From NCBI GenBank assembly GCA_963806185.1, contig CAWDXE010000007.1, forward strand, positions 160,001 through 224,000: 64,000 nt of DNA. Reading direction: 5' to 3'. Source of the DNA: an uncultured candidate division Zixibacteria bacterium. GTDB taxonomy: Bacteria > Zixibacteria > MSB-5A5 > GN15 > FEB-12. How positions within the stretch are numbered: position 1 is the first letter of the stretch; every line of letters starts with the position of its first letter. Below, piece by piece: positions 1 through 10,526 of the stretch. The notes beneath the pieces are model-generated. The model was not told where the DNA came from, ran no database searches, and was given only the letters and a program-made list of their open reading frames with translations. Position numbers and translations under genes: made by a program.

Positions 1-286
1 GTAGTCGGCAACCTCGCTGAGAGCTTCCGACAATTGCCCAAACCGAATCCCGGTCTCTCCACATTCGTGTGTCGTGCGAGAAATCCAGAGCTGCAGCCTA
101 GTGAAGGCAATTTTGGTGACCGAGTGAGCGGTGTAGTTTTTGTGTGCCCAATTTGGGTCCAATCCGCTCCGGTGTAGACAAGTCTAGAGGCATCTAGACA
201 AAACCATATGGAATTGCTAATTCGTTGGCGCAATTGATCTATGGCGTAATCGGTTGTATCGCAATTGAATGCGAAAACAGCCTCGC

Positions 287-305
287 CGAATCCTACCTCC
301 TCCGC
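287..305 (+). other. 3' fragment resembling a tRNA-Ser end (T-loop to discriminator); possible att-site duplication
   Basis: CGAAT-CCTAC-CTCCTCC-G-C reads as T-loop end, 3' T-stem, 3' acceptor strand complementary to GGAGGAG, and discriminator G; no 5' tRNA half upstream. Confidence 0.45.
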
Positions 306-639
306 TTTTATATTCAACGCGAAATATCCATTGTCAATGAGCGGCGAAGAGCGGGTGTTGAGGCAAGGGGCTGTGCGTCCGTGGAAGCACGGATGCAGTC
401 GCACGGAGAAGATCAAATAGAGAAAAACTTGCCTGATAGGTGGGATACCCGTAGGGGACCAGGGGACCGACGCCTTGACCGCCGAAATTGTTTTCGATTT
501 GGACATGACGCTTTTCGCCGTATTATGACCTGTTGAGAATGCGTGTTTGGTTACTCCTGTCTGTCCGGGGCGCGGACGAGTTCCGATCAGGCAAGGTGTA
601 CGATACTTCACGATTTGTCTCACGAGCCCTGGAAGCGAA

Positions 640-1185
640 ATGTCAGCACACGAACCTTCGCCGACCGACAATTTACTGCGTCAACTTCTGTCCGAGAGCG
701 AACATCATCGAGACCAGGTATTTGCAGATTTGCGTGAAAGATTCGTGCGGATCGCCAAAAGACGAATTGGGGTGCAGGATGCAGAAGACGTCGCCAACGA
801 GGCGTGTCTGACGGTATTCGAGAAATATCGTGATTTGCCGGCGGACGTGAATTTTGCCGCCTGGATGTACCAGGTGCTGCGCAACAAGATAGGGAATCGT
901 CTGCAGCAGCGGGCGCGGTCCAAACCGTCTGCTGGAGCGGCGGTGGAACTGCTGTCGGCACCGCTCGCGAGTACGGCTCTGGAGATTCGTCTTCTGGCCT
1001 GTCTGCACCGGATCTTCCAGACGAATAGTCGATATGCCCGGGTGCTGAATCTGGCGCATCTCGGTTTTTCGGCGGCGGAGATTTGTCAAAAGATAGGTAC
1101 TTCGAAGGAGAACCTGTATGTTCTCCTCAACCGGAGTCGAGCGCAGTTACGACGCTGTCTTAAGGAGAGCGAACCTCATGAGTAA
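640..1185 (+). CDS. ECF-family RNA polymerase sigma-70 factor
   Basis: Region 2 motifs DAEDVANE and FAAWMYQVLRNK; region 4 SAAEICQKIGTSKENLYVLLNRSRAQLRRCL; ATG at 640 preferred over the ORF-track start at 547. Confidence 0.9.
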   Translation: MSAHEPSPTDNLLRQLLSESEHHRDQVFADLRERFVRIAKRRIGVQDAEDVANEACLTVFEKYRDLPADVNFAAWMYQVLRNKIGNRLQQRARSKPSAGAAVELLSAPLASTALEIRLLACLHRIFQTNSRYARVLNLAHLGFSAAEICQKIGTSKENLYVLLNRSRAQLRRCLKESEPHE

Positions 1186-1849
1186 TTGCCTGGATGAGAA
1201 GATTGGCGCTTTGTTGCACGCCTATGAACTGGGTGTGCTCGACGACGAGCAGGAGCAGGCATTCGAGACGCATCTGCTTCAGTGCGCCTATTGCTGGAAT
1301 GAATTGAAGAATAGCCATGACGTCACCCAGCTTATCAGGGGCGATCCTCGCGTGCGTCAGGCGATTAACCGGGCGGCCGAGGGCGACGAGTCTGCTGTTT
1401 TGGCCGCTGACCCGACGCAGACCCCGCCCAGTCGACTGCGGTCGTCGCGACTTCCGCTCTATGCCGCGGCCGCGATGATACTGTTGCTCCTTTACCCGGC
1501 CTATCTCGGAATCGTTGATCGCGGTAACCCGTCAATCATGAGGACGGAACTAGTGACCCTGCTGCCGACCCGGTCGCTAACGTTGCCTGCGGTTCACAGA
1601 GCGTCCGGCGACGATGTGACGCTGACATTTCTCTACCCGGGCGCAGTACCGGGTGAGCGATACGCCGTGGCGATCAGAGACGAATCCGGCCAGGTGATCT
1701 TCTCAGATGCGGCTTTTGGACCATTCAGTGAATCCGGAACAGCGCATCTGTTACTGAGACTGAAGAGTCTGCCCGATGGTGATTATCGGCTGACCATAGG
1801 TGATCCCGAGACGCCGGCGCAAGAGTATACTTTTCGTATCACACGATAA
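1178..1849 (+). CDS. ZAS (zf-HC2) transmembrane anti-sigma factor
   Basis: HLLQCAYC (HxxxCxxC) zinc motif; one TM helix (LYAAAAMILLLLYPAYLGIV); C-terminal beta-rich extracytoplasmic domain; overlaps the sigma stop codon. Confidence 0.88.
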   Translation: MSNCLDEKIGALLHAYELGVLDDEQEQAFETHLLQCAYCWNELKNSHDVTQLIRGDPRVRQAINRAAEGDESAVLAADPTQTPPSRLRSSRLPLYAAAAMILLLLYPAYLGIVDRGNPSIMRTELVTLLPTRSLTLPAVHRASGDDVTLTFLYPGAVPGERYAVAIRDESGQVIFSDAAFGPFSESGTAHLLLRLKSLPDGDYRLTIGDPETPAQEYTFRITR

Positions 1850-1903
1850 TTGAATCGGTGTGGCAACGAGAGGTGGCCGCGATCTGATTGGGCTTCGGTT
1901 CTG

Positions 1904-4900
1904 CTATTGCGGGTCGCCGACGAGCACGAAGCCGCACCAGAGGTACGGATGCGTGTGGCCGTAGCGCTGTTGGGCGTGCTTTTTGGCGAGGAGCAAAGCG
2001 CCGCGCAGGGCGTCGGCCTTCGTCGCACCGCCGGTCCAGAGGCGATAGAACTCAGTCATCGTCTCGCCGGCCACTTCATCGGGAGCATTCCACAAATTCA
2101 TAATCACGGATCGTGCGCCGGCCTGACGGAAGGCTCGGGTCAAGCCGAGCACTCCTTCGCTACGGGACACGTCGCCCGCACCAGTCTCGCAAGCTGACAA
2201 GACCACAAGCTCCGTGGCGGAAAGATTCATAGCCGAAATCTCGTAGGCGGTCAGGATGCCGTCATCCTGGGTTGATCGAGCCGCGCCGCGCAGTGTCAAG
2301 TTTGCCCCGGCCAGGGCGAGGCCCGAGCGAAGCAAGGGTGAACTCAACGATGGGAGAGCGGCGGTTTCAGCCTGGTCGCAGAAGAAGCCGTGAGTGGCGA
2401 AATGTATGATGCTGGGGCCGTTGGCAAGCAATCGCACAGAGCTCTCGGTCGCTTCCTGACCGATCCGCACCGTGGTGGGCACATTGATGCTCTCCAACAG
2501 AGTCGCGACCGAGTTGGCTTCCCGATCGGTTTGTGGCAGCGGGACAAAACCGTTGCCGAAGCAGCCGGACAGTTCCTCACTGATGGCCGCCCGAGTTTTG
2601 ATTAGTGATGATTCATTGGCAACCGGATTCTCAAAACTACCCGAGGCGTCAAATGCCGGAGCGGCGAAAATGACAGCTCGTCGAGTGGTCAGAGTAGAAG
2701 CTACGTCGGCGGCCAGGTCGCGGGAACTCGCCAGGTAGACGATGCGGTAGCCGTCGATGAATGACCGGTTACTATCCAACGCAAGCAGTTCGAAAGGGAG
2801 CAAGCCCAGCAGACCGTCAGGCGAGATATACAGCGTGCCGGGCGATGCTGAGTCACGTGCAGGCAAGGGAGGCAGCTTATGGGTAATCTGTTCGGCGATG
2901 CGCCGAATCCTCTCCTCGTGAAGGGGAGCCAGAGGCGAGTAGACACATTCGACTTCAGCGCTCACGGCTTTGCGCAGAGCAACCACCAGGCTATCGATTT
3001 CTTCTACCGGCCCCATATCCTGCAGGGCACGGACACCGGTGGCGTCGCAGACAAACACGGCATAATTCTCATCGCAGGGGCAGTTGCCGTATTGGATCGG
3101 AGAAGACGTATCGGAGGGACAATATCGGACGACATCCCACAGTACAGCCCCCGGTGCGAGCTGAGCGAATACCGTTGAATTGCTGACCGTCGGCTGATTC
3201 AGCGGGCCCTCAGACTCAAAACAAACCCTGCTCAGGCTGAGTTCAAGCGAGTCTCGTCTGGCGGCAAGAGCGGAGAGCTTGTCCGTCGCTAAGCTGGGTT
3301 GCGACTGGGTCATCTGCATATAGGTCAGATTGGCCAGTTGGCCGGAGACGCTGAGATATTCATCCAGAATCGGCCGGGCCTCTTGCGCCGAGGAACAGAG
3401 AGCGATGTGCCGCTCCGCCAGGCCGGCATCGATAGCGCGAGCCTTGGCATTGATCGTCATTTCCAACGCCGCATCTAGGTACCGCGGTTGATTCACTTGC
3501 AGAGCCAACGAGATAAGGCCGGAGTGGACCAGCGGGACGGTATTCAACCATTGCAGACGCTGGCTCTCGGTGAGGTAAGGAAAGGAGCGCTCCAACATCG
3601 AACGCTCATTCGCGATCAACTGACCGTAGAGCTGTAAGGCCGAGTCGTATTGATGAGCAGCGCAGAAAATCTCTGCGCCATTCTTCAGATATGAGCGTAC
3701 GCTGGAGTACGCGGGCGCTGTCTGTTCCTGCAGTTCCTCACGTGCCAGCCGAATGCGGGCTAATGCCTCTGGGTATCGCTTCTGCAGTGCGGCGGCCAGA
3801 CCAAGTCCAATGTGAACTGAGATACTACGCTGGTGGGTCATCGTGCCGTGTCGATTCCAAACGTCCCCGGCCATCTGAAACATTTCCGCCGCTTCCGGCG
3901 GTCGCCTGGCGGCGAGGTACAGCGTGCCAAGGCTACGGTATGCTTCTCCAGCTTGTTCAGTGTCTTGTCCCCACCCCGCACGCGCTCGGGCCAGTGCCTG
4001 CATGTAAAGCGTCTCTGCTTCGTCATATTGACACTGGATTCTTCTCAGGTCAGCCAACCCCATGAGTGGATAGCAGAGCTGAACGGTCTGGGGACCATAC
4101 ATGGATGAATCGAGAGCAGCCTCCTTATAGAAAAAGTTCTCCGCCTGTGAGTAGAGACCAAAGGATGAATATGCACCAGCAAGATAATGGTAAGTATAGG
4201 GAAGTTCCGATCGCAGCGAATCCGGCAGAGATTCGAATATTTCGATCGCTCGCTTGGCCGTCCCGATGCCTTCGTACTGGCGCCCCGAGTAGATGAGCGC
4301 GAACGAAATCTGGGCGAGCGCAATCGCCGATAATGCATGATTGGGTCCGTGCGCCTGTTCGAATGCTGTGCGCGTTTGCACCAAGGTCGATTCGGCTGCC
4401 GCCCACTCGCCGCGGGAGGTATAAAAGCTTGCGGTACTCATGAGTGCGCCGCTGATGAACCCTTCATCCTGAAGAGGAATAAGACGGACCAGACCGAGAA
4501 TCTGTTTCCAGAGCTTGATGGCCGCGTCAAAGTTGCGACGGTCGTACTCTATGCTTGCGAGTGTCGTCAAGTTGCCGGCAATGGCCGGGTAGTTCGGGGG
4601 CTCTTGAGCGAGACTTATGTTCAATGCCTGCTCAGCCAGAATTGCGGCAGTGTCGAACAGCTTTTCTTCGCTAAAATAAAATGCCCGAGCTTCCAATATC
4701 CTTCCGCGCAGGGAGTCTGCGATCACGGGGCTGCGCAGCATCGTCTCGAACGCGAGTATGCAGTGTCGTCTTGCGTCTTCATCCTGAGATTGAGAGTAAT
4801 AGTGCGAGCAAAGGAGACAATTGACTGTCGCGGAATCAGTCACTGTAAGGGTGCTGCAGCCGTCCAACGCTGACAGGGCCTTCTGTAAGATTGTGCCGGC

Positions 4901-5089
4901 GGAATCGAGGGAACCTCGATCGCAGAGACTCTCAGTTTGAGTTAGCAAATCGATGATCGCCTGGGGAGACTGAACTTGAGTTTGTAATGAGGTCTTGTCA
5001 CGGCACGCGGCGGGCAAGAATGAGACCGCACAGACGGTTAGGAGCAGAGCACAGAGGCTGGTAAGTCCGCGTGCGGCCGGTGTCTTCAT
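1904..5089 (-). CDS. TPR-repeat CHAT-domain (caspase HetF-associated) protease with N-terminal signal peptide
   Basis: Multiple TPR-like helices; CHAT motifs ISPDGLLGLLPFE, IIHFATHG (His), LVVLSACETG (Cys), HPYLWCGFVLVG; hydrophobic N-terminus ending in AAC. Confidence 0.92.
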   Translation of the reverse strand: MKTPAARGLTSLCALLLTVCAVSFLPAACRDKTSLQTQVQSPQAIIDLLTQTESLCDRGSLDSAGTILQKALSALDGCSTLTVTDSATVNCLLCSHYYSQSQDEDARRHCILAFETMLRSPVIADSLRGRILEARAFYFSEEKLFDTAAILAEQALNISLAQEPPNYPAIAGNLTTLASIEYDRRNFDAAIKLWKQILGLVRLIPLQDEGFISGALMSTASFYTSRGEWAAAESTLVQTRTAFEQAHGPNHALSAIALAQISFALIYSGRQYEGIGTAKRAIEIFESLPDSLRSELPYTYHYLAGAYSSFGLYSQAENFFYKEAALDSSMYGPQTVQLCYPLMGLADLRRIQCQYDEAETLYMQALARARAGWGQDTEQAGEAYRSLGTLYLAARRPPEAAEMFQMAGDVWNRHGTMTHQRSISVHIGLGLAAALQKRYPEALARIRLAREELQEQTAPAYSSVRSYLKNGAEIFCAAHQYDSALQLYGQLIANERSMLERSFPYLTESQRLQWLNTVPLVHSGLISLALQVNQPRYLDAALEMTINAKARAIDAGLAERHIALCSSAQEARPILDEYLSVSGQLANLTYMQMTQSQPSLATDKLSALAARRDSLELSLSRVCFESEGPLNQPTVSNSTVFAQLAPGAVLWDVVRYCPSDTSSPIQYGNCPCDENYAVFVCDATGVRALQDMGPVEEIDSLVVALRKAVSAEVECVYSPLAPLHEERIRRIAEQITHKLPPLPARDSASPGTLYISPDGLLGLLPFELLALDSNRSFIDGYRIVYLASSRDLAADVASTLTTRRAVIFAAPAFDASGSFENPVANESSLIKTRAAISEELSGCFGNGFVPLPQTDREANSVATLLESINVPTTVRIGQEATESSVRLLANGPSIIHFATHGFFCDQAETAALPSLSSPLLRSGLALAGANLTLRGAARSTQDDGILTAYEISAMNLSATELVVLSACETGAGDVSRSEGVLGLTRAFRQAGARSVIMNLWNAPDEVAGETMTEFYRLWTGGATKADALRGALLLAKKHAQQRYGHTHPYLWCGFVLVGDPQ

Positions 5090-5217
5090 GGTCGAGTGTG
5101 CTTCGCCGGAAAGTACTGTTCAGTGTGCTCGACACGCGGCAAGCGTTCGTCGGAGACTATCGTGCCCAGCGGTATTATTCAAGTCTGTTTCGCGTAGAGT
5201 GTATGATCTCTCTTTTA

Positions 5218-5246
5218 ATTATACCCTCCGTAGCGCGTCAAGTCAA
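5218..5246 (-). promoter_or_regulatory. sigma70-type promoter for the CHAT gene
   Basis: Minus strand TTGACT-N17-TATAAT. Confidence 0.65.
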
Positions 5247-5352
5247 GGGCGGAGTCGGCATTCGCTTCTGACAGAATCGACTTGTCCCCACAAATAATGT
5301 CAACTATGGTGACCTCGAAGAGGAACGGACGGGGAATCCCGCCGCACACGAC

Positions 5353-5835
5353 ATGGGTATGGCGGACAACATAATCATTCGATCATTTGAGAGCGGTGAG
5401 GAGACGGAAGTCAGCCGACTTATCGTCGATAATCTCATACTGGTCAACGTCATCGATTACGGGGAAGCTGCGGTCAACCAGCTGGCGATTTTCTACACCC
5501 CGGAGTGGATACTGCGTTACGCTCAGAGCTGTGAAATGCTTGTTGCACTCGCGGGTGCAGAGATCGTTGGGACGATAGCTCTGGATCACGAGCGGGTTCG
5601 CAGTCTGTTTGTGCGGATTGATCACCAAAGGCAAGGAATCGGCAAACGGCTGATGCGATTTATCGAAGAGGCGGCCCGGCGACAAGACATGAAGCAGTTG
5701 AATCTTCTCGCCAATGTGGGAGCGGTCGAGTTCTACCGGAAGCTGGGTTTCGTGCCACGGGAGAAGCGGGAGATTGAAGTAGGCGAAGCACGGCTCCTGG
5801 TGGCCTGTATGGAAAAGGCGTTGGAGAAAGCGTAA
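5353..5835 (+). CDS. GNAT family N-acetyltransferase
   Basis: LFVRIDHQRQGIGKRLM (motif A) and AVEFYRKLGF (motif B). Confidence 0.9.
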   Translation: MGMADNIIIRSFESGEETEVSRLIVDNLILVNVIDYGEAAVNQLAIFYTPEWILRYAQSCEMLVALAGAEIVGTIALDHERVRSLFVRIDHQRQGIGKRLMRFIEEAARRQDMKQLNLLANVGAVEFYRKLGFVPREKREIEVGEARLLVACMEKALEKA

Positions 5836-5999
5836 GCGGATTTTGCCGAAGGGGGAGCGACCCTCTTGCGTCGTCACGCATCTTCTTGTGACACAAGCGA
5901 TTGGATTGACGGGCGCCCATTCCGAAGCGATCCGTTAAAACTTGACATGGACCGTTCGAACCTTGACACTTCCCGTATATACCCAATAAGGAGAATAGA

Positions 6000-6200
6000 A
6001 TGAGAGACCAAATTGGACTTGTCGCCGGAAAGGTCTGGCGGACGCTTGAATCGAAAGGCGAACTGAGTCTGCCGCAGTTACCCAAGCAGTTGAAGGAACC
6101 TGAGACGATGGTGTACCAGGCGTTGGGTTGGCTGGCACACGAGGGGAAGGTCAGTTATCGGATCGACGGTAATCGCACTTTCGTTTCGATCGTGAAGTAG
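6000..6200 (+). CDS. small winged helix-turn-helix protein (DUF2582-like)
   Basis: IGLVAGKVWRTL...ALGWLAHEGKV pattern; AAGGAG RBS. Confidence 0.82.
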   Translation: MRDQIGLVAGKVWRTLESKGELSLPQLPKQLKEPETMVYQALGWLAHEGKVSYRIDGNRTFVSIVK

Positions 6201-6384
6201 TATCCCGTGTGCGCAATACATCGTCGCCTTTTCATTGTGGCCCAGGGGCGGCGACGTGTTCGCGCCGTTCAGCTGATTTGCGGACGTCGGGTAGAGCCGG
6301 GTTTCTGCAAGGAAGGTCGATTCAGTGTCGGCAGGAGCAAGCGGCTCCTGCCCTTCGGGCCGCAGTCTTCGGAGGAATGACATC

Positions 6385-6819
6385 ATGGAAGCGCAGAATT
6401 ATGCCAATCATCGCCAGTGGGTCTTCATGTACCATGTGGTGCTGACACTCCTTGTCTTGCTCGGCCTGATCGGGTCAATTGTCAACCTGATTGTTTCGTG
6501 GGGCGACCATGCCCGATACTACAGTGCGTCATTGCTGGTGGTCGTGTTTCTCTGTCTCATGCTGCTTTATGTCTTCGCGCGGATGTTCGCTCTCAAGGCG
6601 CAAGACCGGGCGATTCGCGCCGAGGAGAATCTTCGGCATTTCGCCGTAGCGGGTAAGCTGCTCGACAGCCGCCTGTCGGTCCGGCAGATAATCGGACTTA
6701 GGTTCGCCGGCGACGATGAGTTCGTAGCGCTGGCCAAGCGGGCGGCCGAGGAGAATCTGTCCGAGGATGACATTAAGAAAGCGATTAAGAACTGGCGGCC
6801 GGACAATTACCGGGCCTAA
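6385..6819 (+). CDS. membrane protein (DUF6526-like)
   Basis: QNYANH start, two TM helices, QDRAIRAEENLR and IKKAIKNWRPDNYR motifs; GGAGG RBS. Confidence 0.75.
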   Translation: MEAQNYANHRQWVFMYHVVLTLLVLLGLIGSIVNLIVSWGDHARYYSASLLVVVFLCLMLLYVFARMFALKAQDRAIRAEENLRHFAVAGKLLDSRLSVRQIIGLRFAGDDEFVALAKRAAEENLSEDDIKKAIKNWRPDNYRA

Positions 6820-6924
6820 ATATCACGTTGATCTGCGACGTCGGCCGGACAGATTGAAAGACCTGTTCGAGCACGGAATTCGTATATTCCCGAAAAGCAA
6901 ACCGACCTCGAAAGGCTCGAACCC

Positions 6925-7257
6925 ATGCCCTGGAGCAACCAGATTCAGATTGCCATTACGGTGACCGACGAACATGGCATTATCACTGACATGAATCCCG
7001 CGTCGATCGACGTCTTCGCTGCCGACGGTGGAGCAAGGCTGATCGGCACCGATGTTCTTGCCTGTCACCCGGAACCCTCCCGAGCGCAACTGGCCGAGAT
7101 GTACCGGCACCCTCAGCCGAACCACTATACCATTCAGAAGAACGGGCGTCGGAAGATCATTCACCAACTGCCGTTGTTCGAAGGATCGGTGTTTAAGGGG
7201 TATGTTGAGATAGCGATTCCGATCCCGGACGACCTGCCGCACCATAACAGAGACTGA
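6925..7257 (+). CDS. stand-alone PAS-domain protein
   Basis: AITVTDEHGIITDMN...LIGTDVLACHP PAS-like pattern. Confidence 0.75.
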   Translation: MPWSNQIQIAITVTDEHGIITDMNPASIDVFAADGGARLIGTDVLACHPEPSRAQLAEMYRHPQPNHYTIQKNGRRKIIHQLPLFEGSVFKGYVEIAIPIPDDLPHHNRD

Positions 7258-7363
7258 GTCGCTGTCCCTGGACGGGCAGACCGGAAGACCTGCGGTGGGC
7301 AAAGTGATGGTTTTGTGTGGGCGGGAGCACGGGGCTCCTGCCCTGCGGACTCCGCCCTCATCG

Positions 7364-8188
7364 TCAGCGGCCGAGATTGCTGAGATCGGTCCGCCTCTCC
7401 ATCTCGTACGACTGCTTCAACGGAAAATACTCGCCAAGCTTCGCCAGTAGTCCGGCAGCTTTATCCTCGCCCAATTGCTCAGCGAGGGCAGTCTGAAGTG
7501 AAGCGGCACCGTGATACTGCACAGAATCGCGCGCCAACCACAGGAGCATGCACTCGCCCTGGGTGCCGGTGTAGACATTCGTATAGACGCGACAAGCCAA
7601 GGGATATCTGGCAGCTGTCAGTGTTTCCTGCAACTCTTTCCACAGCTTCTCGAATTCGTCCCAGTGATACCAATCGATTTGGTGAATTTCCATACGGCCG
7701 ACGGCGGCGGTTACGTCAGTTAGCGAGTCGCTTCCTGACCAAACAATATCTGACTCGACCGACCGTCGCCAAATCTGGGAGCCATGCGGCGGTACGAGGG
7801 CCTCATCACCGGCATCGTAGGTTTTGACGGCGGAATCGCCGACCAAAGCCTGTGTTTGTTTGATCATTTTCCCACGGGTATCCAACTCTGTCCAGGTGCG
7901 GAAGGGGTAGAAGGTGAAGTAGGTCCGGGCAATTTTCGCATGGGCGCACCAGAACAGGGGGCGACCGTCACCGAGCAGAGTATCCCCGCGCTGTAGATTG
8001 GCCAGCCAACCCTTACGGGCGCCTTCGAACAACTGAATCTTCTGCACATCGACGTTATCAATATGAACCCATCGATATGGCGCCTGCCACTCGAGATCGC
8101 GGTGAGAAGAGAGGGTCTGGGCGTTCACGGCGAATGTAAGCAGTGTTAAGGATAACAACGAATCGCGAAGCAGAGTCAGGCCGCGCAT
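7364..8188 (-). CDS. secreted hypothetical protein
   Basis: 274-aa ORF with signal peptide (LTLLTFAVNA-Q) and AGGAG RBS. Confidence 0.7.
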   Translation of the reverse strand: MRGLTLLRDSLLSLTLLTFAVNAQTLSSHRDLEWQAPYRWVHIDNVDVQKIQLFEGARKGWLANLQRGDTLLGDGRPLFWCAHAKIARTYFTFYPFRTWTELDTRGKMIKQTQALVGDSAVKTYDAGDEALVPPHGSQIWRRSVESDIVWSGSDSLTDVTAAVGRMEIHQIDWYHWDEFEKLWKELQETLTAARYPLACRVYTNVYTGTQGECMLLWLARDSVQYHGAASLQTALAEQLGEDKAAGLLAKLGEYFPLKQSYEMERRTDLSNLGR

Positions 8189-8410
8189 GATAAAAGAAGC
8201 TCCTTTCCCGAGTCGGGGACGATCTTGCGGGTAGTCCCCGCCATGAATGGATTGCAGTCGTTGGAAGTTTAGGCGGTCTCCTGTCGTTTGTACAGATTTA
8301 GTTGAGGCAGGATCCAGCGAGCATTTCTAGCCTTGACTTAGCGGCCCACTTGCGACTACTATGACGATCAGAAAATAACTTCCCCGTCACCCTGGATCAC
8401 GGAGGTCCGT

Positions 8411-10226
8411 GTGTCACAACGTCCGGAAATTACCTGGCAATCGATCAGTGGAGCCATCATCGTTTCGGCGGTGGTTTCGATGGCGTACCCGTATATCGTG
8501 CTCAAGCTCGGCATGGGGCCGAACATGAGTGTCATCGCCGCCTTTCTGGGCGCCGTCTTTCTGGCTGTGACCGCCCGAGCCACGGCCGGGCGAAATGCGG
8601 TCCAGAACAACATCATCCAATCGGCGGCGACGTCGGCCGTCTCCACGGCGTTCATGTGCGTGGTAGCGGCGGCGTTCGGGTATCTGGCGATGAACGAGTC
8701 GGTCGATGTACACCTGACTATCACGCCTTGGCAGATGTTTACGTGGCTGTGCTGTTCCGGGGCGATCGGTGTGTTCATGTCGGCGATGTTTCGCAAGTAT
8801 TTCGTCGATGATCCGGAGATGATTTTTGCCGACGGCGTCGCGGCGGCCGAGACAATAAATGTTCTCGACCAGGGGACGGCGGCCGGGGCAGCGGTTTGCC
8901 GTGCTCGGTATCGGCACGATTTTCGGCGCCGTTCTCGCGTTTTTGCGCGACGGTCTGGCATGGATCGGCACGCTCGGTCTGGCGATGCGGTACCGGATTG
9001 GCATCGAATGGGGTTTCCTGAACATTGGCACCGGCATGTTGATCGGTCTGCATGTCGGCGTGTCGATGTTGCTCGGCACCCTGGTGGTTTGGATATTTGC
9101 GCCGATGGTGATGGAGCGGGCGGGGATGTTTATCGTGCAGAACTCCGTCGCGCCCCAATACTGGCCGCAGGTGCAGGCGCTGATGAATGTGGCGCAGCTT
9201 TCCCCGGAACAGACGGCGTTTCTGCACCAGCACGGCGGTCTCATGGCGAATTACCTTTCCGACAGCCACTTTGCGATCATCATGCTCTGGTTCATGTGGC
9301 CGGCGACGGCACTTATGATATTCGCGGCCATGACGGCGGTGGTGCTGAAGTGGCGGTCTATTGTGACCATGTTCCGGGAGCTTCGCGCGGCGAAGGCCCC
9401 CGGGCACGAGCGGGTCGATGTGTCGCTGCGGACGATCATAATCATGACAACACTGCTGACTATTCTGATGGCTTATGTCCAGCAAGTGCACTTCCAGATG
9501 CCCTGGTGGCAGACGATTGCGTCGGTGTTAGCCGGTTTCCCGCTGATTCTGGTGGGTGTGCGCGTGCTCGGGGAAACCAACAACGGGCCGGTGTCATTGA
9601 TGGCCAATACGCTGCAGGCGATTTTCCGCGTGTTTTCACCGGCTATCAGTCATAACCTGGTTGCTGCCGGCATGGCGGGAAATATCAACTCGCAAGGGGA
9701 GGGGTTGATGCAGGTGTTCAAGACCGGCAAGCTGGTCGGCTCGACCCCCCGTATCCTGACCTGGGTGCAGTTTTGGGCGGTACCAATCGGGGCGGCGGCG
9801 GTGGCGATCATGTATCCTCTGCTCATTGCGCGGTATGGACTCGGCGGTGATGGTCTGGCGGCGCCGACGGGACTGAAACTGGCCAACATGGCCGTGCTGA
9901 TGTCCAAAGGGGTCTCGGCGTTTCCTCCGGGAGCGTTGCTCTGGACGGTGATCGCGGCAGTGGCGGGTGTGCTGATGGCACTCGGTCAGGGAAAACTGGG
10001 GTGGCGCTGGATACCAAGTGCGGCCGGTTTCGGCTTTGCACTGATTTTGCCCGGCACGCTGAATCTGCCGATTGCGTTGGGCTCAATCATCGGGTGGATC
10101 TGGATGAAGATGTCACCGGTATCGTATGAGAAGAACTATGTAACGATTGCGTCGGGGTTTATCGCCGGTGAGGCGCTCATCGCCGGGCTGATCCTGCCGC
10201 TGTTGTTCTATTTCGGATTATTTTAA
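8411..10226 (+). CDS. OPT/YSL family oligopeptide transporter (one +1 frameshift near 8885-8888)
   Basis: YIVLKLGM, NNIIQSAAT, FADGVAAAET in the first frame; GETNNGPVS, FKTGKLVG, ASGFIAGEAL in the second; many TM helices. Confidence 0.88.
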
Positions 10227-10242
10227 TTCTGATATTGAGCAT

Positions 10243-10277
10243 AAAGGGCCGGGCAGCGACTTGTTGCCCGGCCTTTT
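10243..10277 (+). terminator. intrinsic terminator
   Basis: GGGCCGGGCAGC/GTTGCCCGGCCT stem followed by a T run. Confidence 0.75.
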
Positions 10278-10526
10278 GTCGTCTGCTTTGCCGACCGGTC
10301 GGAGCAGATTGATCATTGCCGGAATTCCTCAGAATCCGCCGTTCCATGCGGCTCTCCATCAATAACATTTCCCCAGTATTTGCCGATATCAGATACGAAA
10401 GGGGCTATGGCCCTACATACCTCGTCGAGAGATTTTGGCGTGGGACATTTCTCATCTGCCAATGACTCTCATCGCACACCGAGGCCAACGGCAATGTGAC
10501 ATATTGATCAAACGAAAGCGGAGACC

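Noticed and set aside
225..536. 103-aa ORF and other short ORFs upstream of the sigma gene
   Set aside because: TTG start, no RBS or recognisable motif; overlaps the att-like and promoter region
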